Part shown: positions 18,321 to 27,046 of the stretch, one piece after another
Layout: each line of letters begins with the position of its first letter
How positions within the stretch are numbered: the first letter of the stretch is position 1
DNA from: a virus
Virus record (IMG/VR): IMGVR_UViG_3300028831_000097
Coordinates: 1-64,000 of that record
DNA: 64,000 nucleotides
Reading direction: 5' to 3' (one strand)
Program-made: the position numbers and the translations under genes
The notes under the pieces: model-generated
Told to the model about the DNA's origin: nothing
The model's input: the letters and a program-made list of their open reading frames with translations, nothing else
The model's database searches: none

Positions 18321-20830
18321 GAGAGTTCGACGCTGACTTTCGAGAGTACGAGAACGATCTGCTTAGTGCGGAGTTCGACGACGTGTCGCCTGATTTCGAC
18401 GATGGCTCAATCCTGCAGGAAGTCAACTCAGGCCGGGACGGCTCAGGCGGCGTCACTTTCACCCCCGCTACGACTGTAAATGGCGGCAACTATCCGCTCT
18501 GGATCGGCAAGCAACTCACCGCGCAATCGACTCGCATCGTGCAACTGTACGTTGAGCAACTCAGCGCACAGGGCACACTCGGAGGCCGTCTCCTCACTCT
18601 CACCGATGCTCCTGAAGACGTGTTTGGTGCAACCGTACAAGTCGCCATCAACATCATGGACGACAATACGCTGCAGGCCACGAGAGCGAGCGTGGCAAAT
18701 TCAGGCATCATCCTGCGCGGCGTAGATCAGGGCGGCGATGCGCAAATGACATTACTGGGTACGTCATCGGGCACGCTCGATGGAACCGACTATCTTGAGA
18801 TCGTCGTAGTCCATCATCCAACGACAGGCTCCATTACTGTTTATCAGAATAACGTGCTGTTTTGGACCTTGAATAACGTCAACACCGCAGTGAGTGGTCA
18901 GAATCAATCCACTACCTTTCTCCTTGGCGGCTACGCGGTGACGGGCGATGGAGATGACGTGCTGCATCACGAGGACTTGAACGCCACGCTCAGCGATCTC
19001 ATGGTCATTAACGGGGAGACTAATCCAGACGATCTCAACGACCCGACTCAGCGCATCGGCGATCACAAACCCTTGCTCAGCGTTCCTGAAGGAGTGGGAT
19101 TCTATTCGCAACTCACCGCTGATCCAGCGGGGCCAAACTGGTCCAATGTCGAAGAAATTCCCCCTGATAACGCAAGTGAGATCTATGCTCCGACTACCGA
19201 CTTGCGCGATACCTACGCAATGAACGACGTGGCGGGGACAGGTGCAAATCAAGTCTATCTTACCCATCGCGCCTACGTGCGCGCGGACACACCAGCGGAA
19301 TGTGGCGTGAGCGATGTACCTGCGAACTTTGAAGCTTTCGTCTACATGGAGCAAACTGAGGCAGGAAGTTGCCTGACGGGCGTGCACGATACTTCAAGTT
19401 GTCACTTCACTGATTTCGTGGCGAGACGCGCACAGTCCACTTGCACGATTGGCTCGAACACTGAATCTGTAAGATTCAAAATCAACCTCGTCAATCAGGA
19501 CGGCATGTGGGTGTTTCTTACTCCGTTAAACGCTCCTCCGCGAGCGTTGAACGCCAGTGGCCCAAGTCGTTACTCGTCTGCAGTATTCAATGGGAATAAT
19601 CGTAATGTCGAGGTAACTCCGGCACAGGTGCGCTATTCACTTCCATACTATCAGCCGTGGCTGGGATATGCTGTTGACACGCAGGATAATCTTGATTCAA
19701 CCAGTGATTTCGTTGAGTTCCGCGTGCTGAATATCGGAATTGGAATCGATGTCGTGCTCATCGACAACGCAGATGCAAATTTATTCAATCCCTACACCAG
19801 TCCACTGACGGGATTCCACTTCAGAGAAGACGTGATTGGTTCGCCTTACTTCTGGATTGGCAACTCATTCGCCTACAACGGCGAGACTATCTACTCCTAC
19901 AGTGAGACCGATAACTTCAAGATGACGCGCAACGGTACTGATGTACAGATACGCCAGAATGCGACATTACTTGAGACGATCCCCGTCACCTATCCAACGC
20001 ATACGAACGTTGCGGTATTCGCGGGTCGTTGGGGCTGGGACGCGGCGGGAATCCCACCCGCTTACTCGCTCCGTCCCGGTATCAAGCAATGTTTCGTGCA
20101 AATTGGCGGGAGTGATTGCGTGATCGGTAACTACACGCAACTCACTTGTCTCGTACCGGGAACGTTTACAGGGGCAAGTGCAGCTCCGAGTGAGACGTCT
20201 CAGTGGGGTGTGGAGTTCGATCCCGGTGATGGAACAGTAGGAGACGCGACAGTGTTCGATTCGGGTGGTCCAAATTCACCCAATACTCCAGTATTCGGCT
20301 ACGACGAAAATACGCAACTGGAATTCTCATTAAGTGGTGGGAACGTCATTCTTACCGTCACCGATTGGGTGAATTACGCGGACAATATGACGACTGTGGT
20401 AGGGAATGTTGCTACGTGGATCTACACACGACCCTTTGCGGATACGGATGATTTCACGCTGCAAGCCCCGGCAAGTGGGTACAGCATTGGCGTGCCGACT
20501 TTTCCATTTCCTGCTTTAGAGTACGCCTTCGTCAACGCGGAGCCCAACGCTCCCTTGCGACTGGGAGTGATCTGCTCCGGTGACAGCGACTACGCATTAC
20601 CTGATCACGCAGGCGTGAAGGAAGTCGAATTCACTTTTCTCGCCACGGAAAATCCATCGCAATACGCAGGCGTAATGCGGCAGGATAGCGTGGATCGTGT
20701 CGGGACGGTGAGTGAAGTATCCGCAAGTGAATTCAGATTCAATCAATCGTTTCAAAGTTCCACACCAGCGGACACGCCGGTGACGCTAACTGACGCGAAT
20801 GCAGCCGAACATGGACCGGAAGCTGTATAA
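18317..20830 (+). CDS. Hypothetical large virion (tail-associated?) protein
   Basis: TTGA overlap with GGGAGG upstream; 837 aa. Confidence 0.6.
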   Translation: MREFDADFREYENDLLSAEFDDVSPDFDDGSILQEVNSGRDGSGGVTFTPATTVNGGNYPLWIGKQLTAQSTRIVQLYVEQLSAQGTLGGRLLTLTDAPEDVFGATVQVAINIMDDNTLQATRASVANSGIILRGVDQGGDAQMTLLGTSSGTLDGTDYLEIVVVHHPTTGSITVYQNNVLFWTLNNVNTAVSGQNQSTTFLLGGYAVTGDGDDVLHHEDLNATLSDLMVINGETNPDDLNDPTQRIGDHKPLLSVPEGVGFYSQLTADPAGPNWSNVEEIPPDNASEIYAPTTDLRDTYAMNDVAGTGANQVYLTHRAYVRADTPAECGVSDVPANFEAFVYMEQTEAGSCLTGVHDTSSCHFTDFVARRAQSTCTIGSNTESVRFKINLVNQDGMWVFLTPLNAPPRALNASGPSRYSSAVFNGNNRNVEVTPAQVRYSLPYYQPWLGYAVDTQDNLDSTSDFVEFRVLNIGIGIDVVLIDNADANLFNPYTSPLTGFHFREDVIGSPYFWIGNSFAYNGETIYSYSETDNFKMTRNGTDVQIRQNATLLETIPVTYPTHTNVAVFAGRWGWDAAGIPPAYSLRPGIKQCFVQIGGSDCVIGNYTQLTCLVPGTFTGASAAPSETSQWGVEFDPGDGTVGDATVFDSGGPNSPNTPVFGYDENTQLEFSLSGGNVILTVTDWVNYADNMTTVVGNVATWIYTRPFADTDDFTLQAPASGYSIGVPTFPFPALEYAFVNAEPNAPLRLGVICSGDSDYALPDHAGVKEVEFTFLATENPSQYAGVMRQDSVDRVGTVSEVSASEFRFNQSFQSSTPADTPVTLTDANAAEHGPEAV

Positions 20831-21301
20831 ATGACCCTGCACGTCGAACAATTCACGATGACCGTTTGGGCACCGGAAGGAGACGTGCCGCCGCCGGTGA
20901 CTCCTCCCGTTACGCGAACCATGAGATTTGCGGCAGGGACAACAGGGAACAGGTGGCGACTTGCGCCTTCTGTGGTAGACAGCGGCAATGAATTGCGGTC
21001 TAAGACAGTGAAAGCTACTCACGCAACAGGTAAGTTCACGAATGCTTTCCTGCAAGTCTACACATGGGACGTTACTCAGGATATTAACGTGACTGATTTG
21101 GAGAATGGCACTGGCTCGATAACAGGAAATATCGACCTTCCTGACACTACGCAAGTGCAACAGACCGTTCGCTACCAAGTAAACTGCCCCAATGCTGATC
21201 TTTCAAATCTTTGTATTGAAGGAGAGTGGGATGGTATAGGCATTCCCGACAGAATTGATGAATTAGTATTGGAAATCGCAGTTCAAGGAGCGAGACGCTG
21301 A
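20831..21301 (+). CDS. Hypothetical virion-module protein
   Basis: ATG abuts the upstream TAA. Confidence 0.55.
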   Translation: MTLHVEQFTMTVWAPEGDVPPPVTPPVTRTMRFAAGTTGNRWRLAPSVVDSGNELRSKTVKATHATGKFTNAFLQVYTWDVTQDINVTDLENGTGSITGNIDLPDTTQVQQTVRYQVNCPNADLSNLCIEGEWDGIGIPDRIDELVLEIAVQGARR

Positions 21302-21897
21302 TGGCTGACGACGAACTTGGAAATCCAGATCTTAACCCCTCTCAATTGTATTACAATTACGCAGTCCCGCTCCCGCCTGATAGCATCTCCAGCACCTTCA
21401 CTGGCGATGTCAACCTATTTGTCACGACAATCAATGGAGCCAGTGGTCCCAATGTCACCATTGCTACTTCGCTCAGCGGGCTCTCGTTCAACACTGCAGG
21501 CTCAACGATTACGCTTAGCGGGACGCTGGGGGAGACATCTGGAGGCACGGGACAGTCAACTTACGCACAGGGGGATCTACTCTTTGCCTCTGCCGCGAAC
21601 ACGCTGAGCAAGCTGGCCAAGAGCGCCGCCGCGACTCGCTACCTTTCCAATACCGGAACCTCGAATAACCCGGCATGGGCACAGATCGATTTAACCAACG
21701 GCGTTACTGGAGTGCTTCCGGTAGTAAGTGGCGGAGCAGCTAAGAGTAACGTCACTAATGCCGCGCCAACAGTAAACGACGATAGCGGGGACGGATACGA
21801 GATCCACTCTCTATGGACCGATACGACTGGGCCAACGACATACATCTGCCAGAGCGCAGCCTTAGGAGCAGCGGTATGGACACAAATCGCGCCCTGA
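21301..21897 (+). CDS. Tail-fibre-like protein (short)
   Basis: Carries cassette GDLLFASAANTLSKLAKSAAATRYLSNTGTSNNPAWAQ, which is shared with the 1379-aa fibre. Confidence 0.6.
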   Translation: MADDELGNPDLNPSQLYYNYAVPLPPDSISSTFTGDVNLFVTTINGASGPNVTIATSLSGLSFNTAGSTITLSGTLGETSGGTGQSTYAQGDLLFASAANTLSKLAKSAAATRYLSNTGTSNNPAWAQIDLTNGVTGVLPVVSGGAAKSNVTNAAPTVNDDSGDGYEIHSLWTDTTGPTTYICQSAALGAAVWTQIAP

Positions 21898-22388
21898 TTC
21901 GGCGATTGACGGTTGCTGACGCGGATTTGCTCCGACTCGCTTACGAGTGGGATCGCGGACGCGCGCAATGGTACGTGGAAATGGATCGCGTGTTCAATTC
22001 AGGCTCGGTGGACGATCTACTTGCTAAGTTGTCAGACGTAAACCACGCCTTCATCGGAGTATTCGATCCCGCGCTCACTGCAATTGTCATCATCCAGCAC
22101 CACGAGCAGGGCCAGTTCGAGGGGCATCTGATGGCTCGGCGAGGCGCGAACCTACAACTCATCAAGTCTGTAATCTCGTATCTGCTCTACGATCTACTCA
22201 ACCTTGGACTTAGCGAAGCCTTTGTCTGGGTCGCAGAAAAGCATCGCAGTGTGCGCAAGTTATGTGCTAACATCCAGTTCCAGCCGGACGGGCTTGTCAT
22301 GTACAAGGGCGCGTATCGCCGCCGCGTCATCAAATGGATCAGGTATTCAATTCAACGGGAACAAATTTTAATGGCCCAAGCAGCATAG
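21876..22388 (+). CDS. GNAT-family acetyltransferase-like protein
   Basis: ATG at 21876 inside ORF 21813..22388. Pattern H..ARRGANLQLIKSV...LGL..AFVWV...N..RKLC..IQF is typical of a GNAT core. Confidence 0.5.
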   Translation: MDTNRALIRRLTVADADLLRLAYEWDRGRAQWYVEMDRVFNSGSVDDLLAKLSDVNHAFIGVFDPALTAIVIIQHHEQGQFEGHLMARRGANLQLIKSVISYLLYDLLNLGLSEAFVWVAEKHRSVRKLCANIQFQPDGLVMYKGAYRRRVIKWIRYSIQREQILMAQAA

Positions 22389-22397
22389 ATTCCCCCG

Positions 22398-22844
22398 ATG
22401 CCGAAGCAGACCTCGAAAACAAATACCTCCTCCACTGCGAGTTATGGGCAGATCCAGCCCCAGTCGAATCAGTACATAGACAAGTTTGCCAACTGGACGC
22501 CGGAGTTAGATCCGACAATTCCCTTTCGTGCTGCTGCATCGAGAAATCGACTCAATTCATCGTTTCTGAATCCGAATGGAGGCTACGCCACGCCGCAGAT
22601 GCTGGAAGCGCGACGTAACGCGGCGAATCGTGGTATAGACGAGCAACAGGGGATGGAGATGCGCGCCGGACAGTACGATGCGAATAACCAACGCATGGGC
22701 CAACTGGGGAGCTTAGCCGCGCTCATGGCCCCGCGTATTGTGCAGACCGGCTCAACAGGTACGTCGAACACAGCGGCGGGACAGAATTTGTTCGGCGAAA
22801 TCCTCGATTTAGGGATGGGAGCCGCGTCGATGGCACTCGGATGA
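22398..22844 (+). CDS. Hypothetical protein (Gln/Asn/Ser-rich)
   Basis: 148-aa ORF in operon register. Confidence 0.5.
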   Translation: MPKQTSKTNTSSTASYGQIQPQSNQYIDKFANWTPELDPTIPFRAAASRNRLNSSFLNPNGGYATPQMLEARRNAANRGIDEQQGMEMRAGQYDANNQRMGQLGSLAALMAPRIVQTGSTGTSNTAAGQNLFGEILDLGMGAASMALG

Positions 22845-23458
22845 GAGAGATATTCGAACACGCAACTAACCCTGCGCTCTGGCTCTCATTTGGCAAAGAT
22901 TCACTACTACTCCTGCAGTTCGCGCTCGAAGCAGGATTCATCGGCCCTTGTTACTTCTTCGGAGATGAATTGAGCGACTTCGCACGACAGGTAATCAGCG
23001 ACCACTCGCTCACGGTCTACTCATGGCCGAGCGCGGATCGTTATCTCATTCCCGACGGAGAGGGATTGACCCAAATCGATGAATACGTCATCGGGAAAGC
23101 TCGCGTACCACTAATCTCGTCCGTAGTCGCAGGTGAGAGATGTGCGCATGGGGAGTATCGTAGATTCACGCGCAGGTTTGATTACAAGCATGACATCACT
23201 CTCACGGGATATAAGAAGTCAGATGTGAGTGGGGTAATCGGAATGACCTTTCCGCGTGAGTTAGACATCGGAGTGACGCGTATTATCAACCCGCTCTACG
23301 ATCTCACTGACGAGGAAGTGATTGCACAACTTGGATTTACCCCGCCTGACAACAGCCCAGTTGAGTATTGCGATAAATGTTTAGCGACCATTCAATCCAG
23401 CGACTGGGACAGGGAAGCAGCACTGGCGGGTTTCCGTCAGCGATTTGGATTTCACTAA
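22841..23458 (+). CDS. PP-loop / PAPS-reductase-like protein
   Basis: ATGA overlap. N-terminal SFGKDS motif resembles the SGGxDS PP-loop. Confidence 0.5.
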   Translation: MREIFEHATNPALWLSFGKDSLLLLQFALEAGFIGPCYFFGDELSDFARQVISDHSLTVYSWPSADRYLIPDGEGLTQIDEYVIGKARVPLISSVVAGERCAHGEYRRFTRRFDYKHDITLTGYKKSDVSGVIGMTFPRELDIGVTRIINPLYDLTDEEVIAQLGFTPPDNSPVEYCDKCLATIQSSDWDREAALAGFRQRFGFH

Positions 23459-23470
23459 AGGAGACTCGCG

Positions 23471-24061
23471 ATGGCAATTGACAACATCACCCGACAGGTC
23501 ATTACAAAGAATGTTAGTGCGGCCTACACGGCCCAGTTGGACGACACACAGATCGTCTGCGATGCCACGAGCGCCGGATTCACAGTGACATTGTACAAGG
23601 TGAACGATAACGCTGTGCATCGACTCATCGTTGCGATCGATCCCGACGACTCATCCGGCAATACGGTTACGATCACAGACGGCACGTTCTCGACCACGCT
23701 CAGTGCCGCAGGTGCGGCGGTAACGCTGGAGACGCAATATGATGGCTCGTGGATGATTGCGGGACAGTATCCCGTGACGAGTTCGGCGACTGCGACGAGT
23801 AGTGCGACATCCGCCGGACTTGCGGCTTCAGTAGCCCAATCAGCGGGCGTCTCCGCAGCGGCGGGTGGTACTGGCGCATCATCGTCCACTTCAACTGCCA
23901 CGTCACAAAACCTCTCGCAGAGTACGACGATCTCCACTGTTGGTTCGGTAGCGGGTAGTGCGACGTTGAGTGGGGTATCCGCAACTGCGAGCGTAGCGAC
24001 GAGTCAGAACGCATCGCAGTCATTGAACGTGAGCACGGCACAGAGTACGGCGGCGAGCTAA
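23471..24061 (+). CDS. Beta-rich domain protein with a roughly 95-aa Ser/Thr/Ala-rich C-terminal tail
   Basis: AGGAG RBS. The N-terminal domain is paralogous to 10998..11333. The tail reads SSATATSSATSAG...STSTATSQNLSQSTTIST... Confidence 0.6.
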   Translation: MAIDNITRQVITKNVSAAYTAQLDDTQIVCDATSAGFTVTLYKVNDNAVHRLIVAIDPDDSSGNTVTITDGTFSTTLSAAGAAVTLETQYDGSWMIAGQYPVTSSATATSSATSAGLAASVAQSAGVSAAAGGTGASSSTSTATSQNLSQSTTISTVGSVAGSATLSGVSATASVATSQNASQSLNVSTAQSTAAS

Positions 24062-25119
24062 TGACGACTAAGAAGAAAGTCGCAAACAAGATTCGCAAAC
24101 GGGCAATGCCAACGATGGTTGCCGCCAGTGCGCAACGGCCTCTTAAGATTTGTCACTGGTCGGCCCACAATCTCTCAGGAATGCATCGGGTCGCTGAAAC
24201 CTTGATGCTGGCCGAGCGCAAGCTTGGCCTAGACAGTTATTTGATAAACGTTCAGGAAGTCCCAACTGCTGAGTGGGATCAATACGCAGATGCGGACATT
24301 CACGTTCCGCATACGCACTTCCCGAATGAGATGCGAAAGCGGTTAACTCGTCCGTTGAAAATGGTCTTTGTTTCACATGGGACACCTGAGTACATAATCA
24401 ATTCAGCTTTCAGTGAAAGTAAAATGGGATACGGACACGGGGATAGTCTGCAGCTCTGGATGTACTGGCTAAAAACAGCAGATGCTATCTGCACTTTTTG
24501 GCCGCGTCACCAAGCGATTATGCAGTCGATGGCCGATAAAAACACAAAGGTTCATTTGCTTCCATTAGGATTGGATTTACCCTTTTGGCGAGCGGCAAAA
24601 AGCAGGGGCAAATTCGCTGGAAATCCGAGCGTGATGACAAGTGAGAATAGCCACTCAATCAAGTGGGCCTACGATCTTTTTGTGTGCTGGAGCTGGATCT
24701 ATAAAGAGATACCGGACGCGTCCCTTCATGCCACTTATGTCCCCACGGACCAGCACCGGATCTGGATGCCGCTACTGAACCGCAACGGCTGTTCATACGG
24801 CGCGTTTATTTCGCCCTTAACGTGGCCTCACGATGAATGGAGACACGTCCTGAATAGTATAGATTTCTACTGGAACGGGGTTCGATATGGCGATTTCAAC
24901 CGAGTAGGAATGGAAGCAAATCTATGCGGAGCAAAGGTTATTTCCTATCGAGGTAATCCCTACTCGCATTACTGGATCACCGAAGGCGACCAACGTGAGA
25001 TGGCTCGTGAATTTATTGAGATTTTTAAGGGAGATCGAGAACCTCGGACTCCTGATCGAATCCCTTCCGACATTGAGATGGCAACTGCGATGCGGGCAAT
25101 TTACCAGTCAATTCTTTGA
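24061..25119 (+). CDS. Glycosyltransferase-like protein (GT-B/GT4-like)
   Basis: TAATG overlap with the upstream gene. C-terminal pattern NRVGMEANLCGAKVIS resembles the GT4 nucleotide-sugar-binding region. Confidence 0.5.
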   Translation: MTTKKKVANKIRKRAMPTMVAASAQRPLKICHWSAHNLSGMHRVAETLMLAERKLGLDSYLINVQEVPTAEWDQYADADIHVPHTHFPNEMRKRLTRPLKMVFVSHGTPEYIINSAFSESKMGYGHGDSLQLWMYWLKTADAICTFWPRHQAIMQSMADKNTKVHLLPLGLDLPFWRAAKSRGKFAGNPSVMTSENSHSIKWAYDLFVCWSWIYKEIPDASLHATYVPTDQHRIWMPLLNRNGCSYGAFISPLTWPHDEWRHVLNSIDFYWNGVRYGDFNRVGMEANLCGAKVISYRGNPYSHYWITEGDQREMAREFIEIFKGDREPRTPDRIPSDIEMATAMRAIYQSIL

Positions 25120-25623
25120 ACGACGGTTCGACGGAGTGGTCAATGCTTTTTCTAGGGTCCAATATTTCAATCGGTAATACAGACCAAATTCCGAAATTCC
25201 AATTTGCTGCGCCCAGTCGGTGAAGCACAGAGTTTTGCCATTGAATGTAATGAGATGATTTCGACTGTAGTTTCTATTCTGCTTGTCCCATGTGGTCCAC
25301 TCGCAGTTCTCTGGAGTGTAGTGCCCATTGTTATCAAGGCGATTAATCGAATACAAACGACTCGGTTCTGGTTTCTCGCCCATGTCGGCAAGAAAGTTTT
25401 CGAACGAATTCAACCACCGATCACAGGTTTTTATTCCACGTCCCCCATATCGGGCGTAGTCCGTATCCCGAGAATTGGTAGTACGTCGAATCATAGCTTC
25501 CCATGCCCTGTAGGTAGGGGTCCCAGAATAGCCATGTGTAGTATTGAAGTGTTTTCCTTGAGTCAAGACGTGAACCTCCGATTCAGGTTTGCGATTGATA
25601 GGACGCTGAGACTGCGGAAACAA
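25108..25623 (-). CDS. Free-standing endonuclease-like protein (family commonly annotated HNH/homing endonuclease); copy 1 of 3
   Basis: Antisense to the late operon. Motifs TPTYRAWEAMIRR, YGGRGIKTCDRW, FLADMGEKP, NRLDNNGHYTPENCEW. The start is uncertain: TTG at 25623, or TTG at 25566 which has a GGAGG upstream. Confidence 0.55.
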   Translation of the reverse strand: MFPQSQRPINRKPESEVHVLTQGKHFNTTHGYSGTPTYRAWEAMIRRTTNSRDTDYARYGGRGIKTCDRWLNSFENFLADMGEKPEPSRLYSINRLDNNGHYTPENCEWTTWDKQNRNYSRNHLITFNGKTLCFTDWAQQIGISEFGLYYRLKYWTLEKALTTPSNRRSKN

Positions 25624-25646
25624 TCCCAGCGTCCGCTAATTATAAC

Positions 25647-26171
25647 ATGGGGCACAGTCTAATGAATCAATTCTCTAATGGTGCCTTTAACTTTGTGGAC
25701 CAATCCGCCATGATCGGCGAAGGGACCGAGATCTGGCACTACGCGGTAGTGCTGGCCGATGTCGTAATCGGCACCAACTGCAGTATCGGCTCACATGCAG
25801 AGATTGGACGGGGAACGCACGTTGGCAATAATACCCGCGTTGGCAAAGGTGTTTTCCTGCCACCGGATTCCATCGTTGGCGATAATGTTTTTATTTCGCC
25901 GGGAGTTTTCTGTGCAGATGATAAGAGGCCAAGATGCGGGAACATGAACTACGATGCGCGTCCTCCGATCATCGGAAACTTCGCCGTCATCGGTATGTGT
26001 TCCGTGCTATTGCCGGGGGTGCGAATTGGCACCAACGCCTTTATAGGCGCGGGCAGTATTGTAACGAAAAATGTTCCTGATGGCGGAGTCGTATACGGGG
26101 ACGCGGCAAGGCTGAGAGAAATGAGCCTGACGCATCTCTCTCGTGAGTATGGCTGGATTGGAGGCGCGTAG
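25647..26171 (+). CDS. Hexapeptide-repeat (left-handed beta-helix) acyl/acetyltransferase
   Basis: Repeated [LIV]-G-x4 hexapeptides, for example IGEGTEI, IGTNCSI, IGRGTHV, VGKGVFL, IGTNAFIGAGSIV. Confidence 0.7.
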   Translation: MGHSLMNQFSNGAFNFVDQSAMIGEGTEIWHYAVVLADVVIGTNCSIGSHAEIGRGTHVGNNTRVGKGVFLPPDSIVGDNVFISPGVFCADDKRPRCGNMNYDARPPIIGNFAVIGMCSVLLPGVRIGTNAFIGAGSIVTKNVPDGGVVYGDAARLREMSLTHLSREYGWIGGA

Positions 26172-26519
26172 ATGTCAGAGCAGAGGTTTTTTTACAATAC
26201 GGTCCAGTTGACCGCCACGGCCACGGCCCGATCACTTTACGATCTGGTCACTGACGTAAATCTCAGCTATGCGTTACCAAAGAACCTTATAGGCCCCTGC
26301 GTCTCGCTGAATTTCATCTCTAACGTCGCTATCAAAGTAGGCGGCACGGCCGCAGAGTTGGATGATACGCATGGCGGTGGTCTAGCGGCGGGCACCCCAT
26401 TTCAGGATTCCGCCACGGGAGCGGCGGGAAATTCAATCCCGCTGGCGCAAATCTTTTTGTACTCGCCGACAGCAAGCGGCACCGCGACTGTAACAATCTA
26501 TCTCAGATTCATCGGATAA
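26172..26519 (+). CDS. Hypothetical protein
   Basis: ATG abuts the upstream TAG. Confidence 0.5.
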   Translation: MSEQRFFYNTVQLTATATARSLYDLVTDVNLSYALPKNLIGPCVSLNFISNVAIKVGGTAAELDDTHGGGLAAGTPFQDSATGAAGNSIPLAQIFLYSPTASGTATVTIYLRFIG

Positions 26520-26533
26520 AGGAGAGCCTTCTT

Positions 26534-27037
26534 ATGCCCGGACCGCAACCTTCTGCAGTGTCTGTTTTTTCTCAGACAGTCACGCTAACGAACGCCCAGA
26601 TTAAGGCGCTTCCTGTCACGCCGGTTGTGATCGTTCCCGCCACGGAAGTCATCGACTACGTAGGAATACCTACGCAGCTGCAGATTCCTATCTTTGCGAT
26701 GGTGCGGTCCGTGATCCCGGTAGCATACGACAACCTCAATGTCAGTTTAACGACCAATATTAACCTCGGAAGCGATAACAGCTTTACTTTTTCCGGACCG
26801 CTTGCTGGAGGTGCCCTATATCAGTACGATGGGTCTGTAGCCTTCTACGCGTCTCCTGCGCAAACTGGCGCGTCGTTTGGTAGTCCTGTAACCGCTGCAT
26901 TCAATAACATTAAGGACAGCCTTTACGATAACGCGATTGTACTGGCTGTTAACAATCAAGGAGATGGCGTGTTCACACAAGGAGATGACGAAAACTCCCT
27001 AATTGTAACGGTACTCTATACCACTATCAGCGTTTAA
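26534..27037 (+). CDS. Hypothetical protein
   Basis: AGGAGA RBS; 167 aa. Confidence 0.55.
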   Translation: MPGPQPSAVSVFSQTVTLTNAQIKALPVTPVVIVPATEVIDYVGIPTQLQIPIFAMVRSVIPVAYDNLNVSLTTNINLGSDNSFTFSGPLAGGALYQYDGSVAFYASPAQTGASFGSPVTAAFNNIKDSLYDNAIVLAVNNQGDGVFTQGDDENSLIVTVLYTTISV

Positions 27038-27046
27038 TAAATTTAG

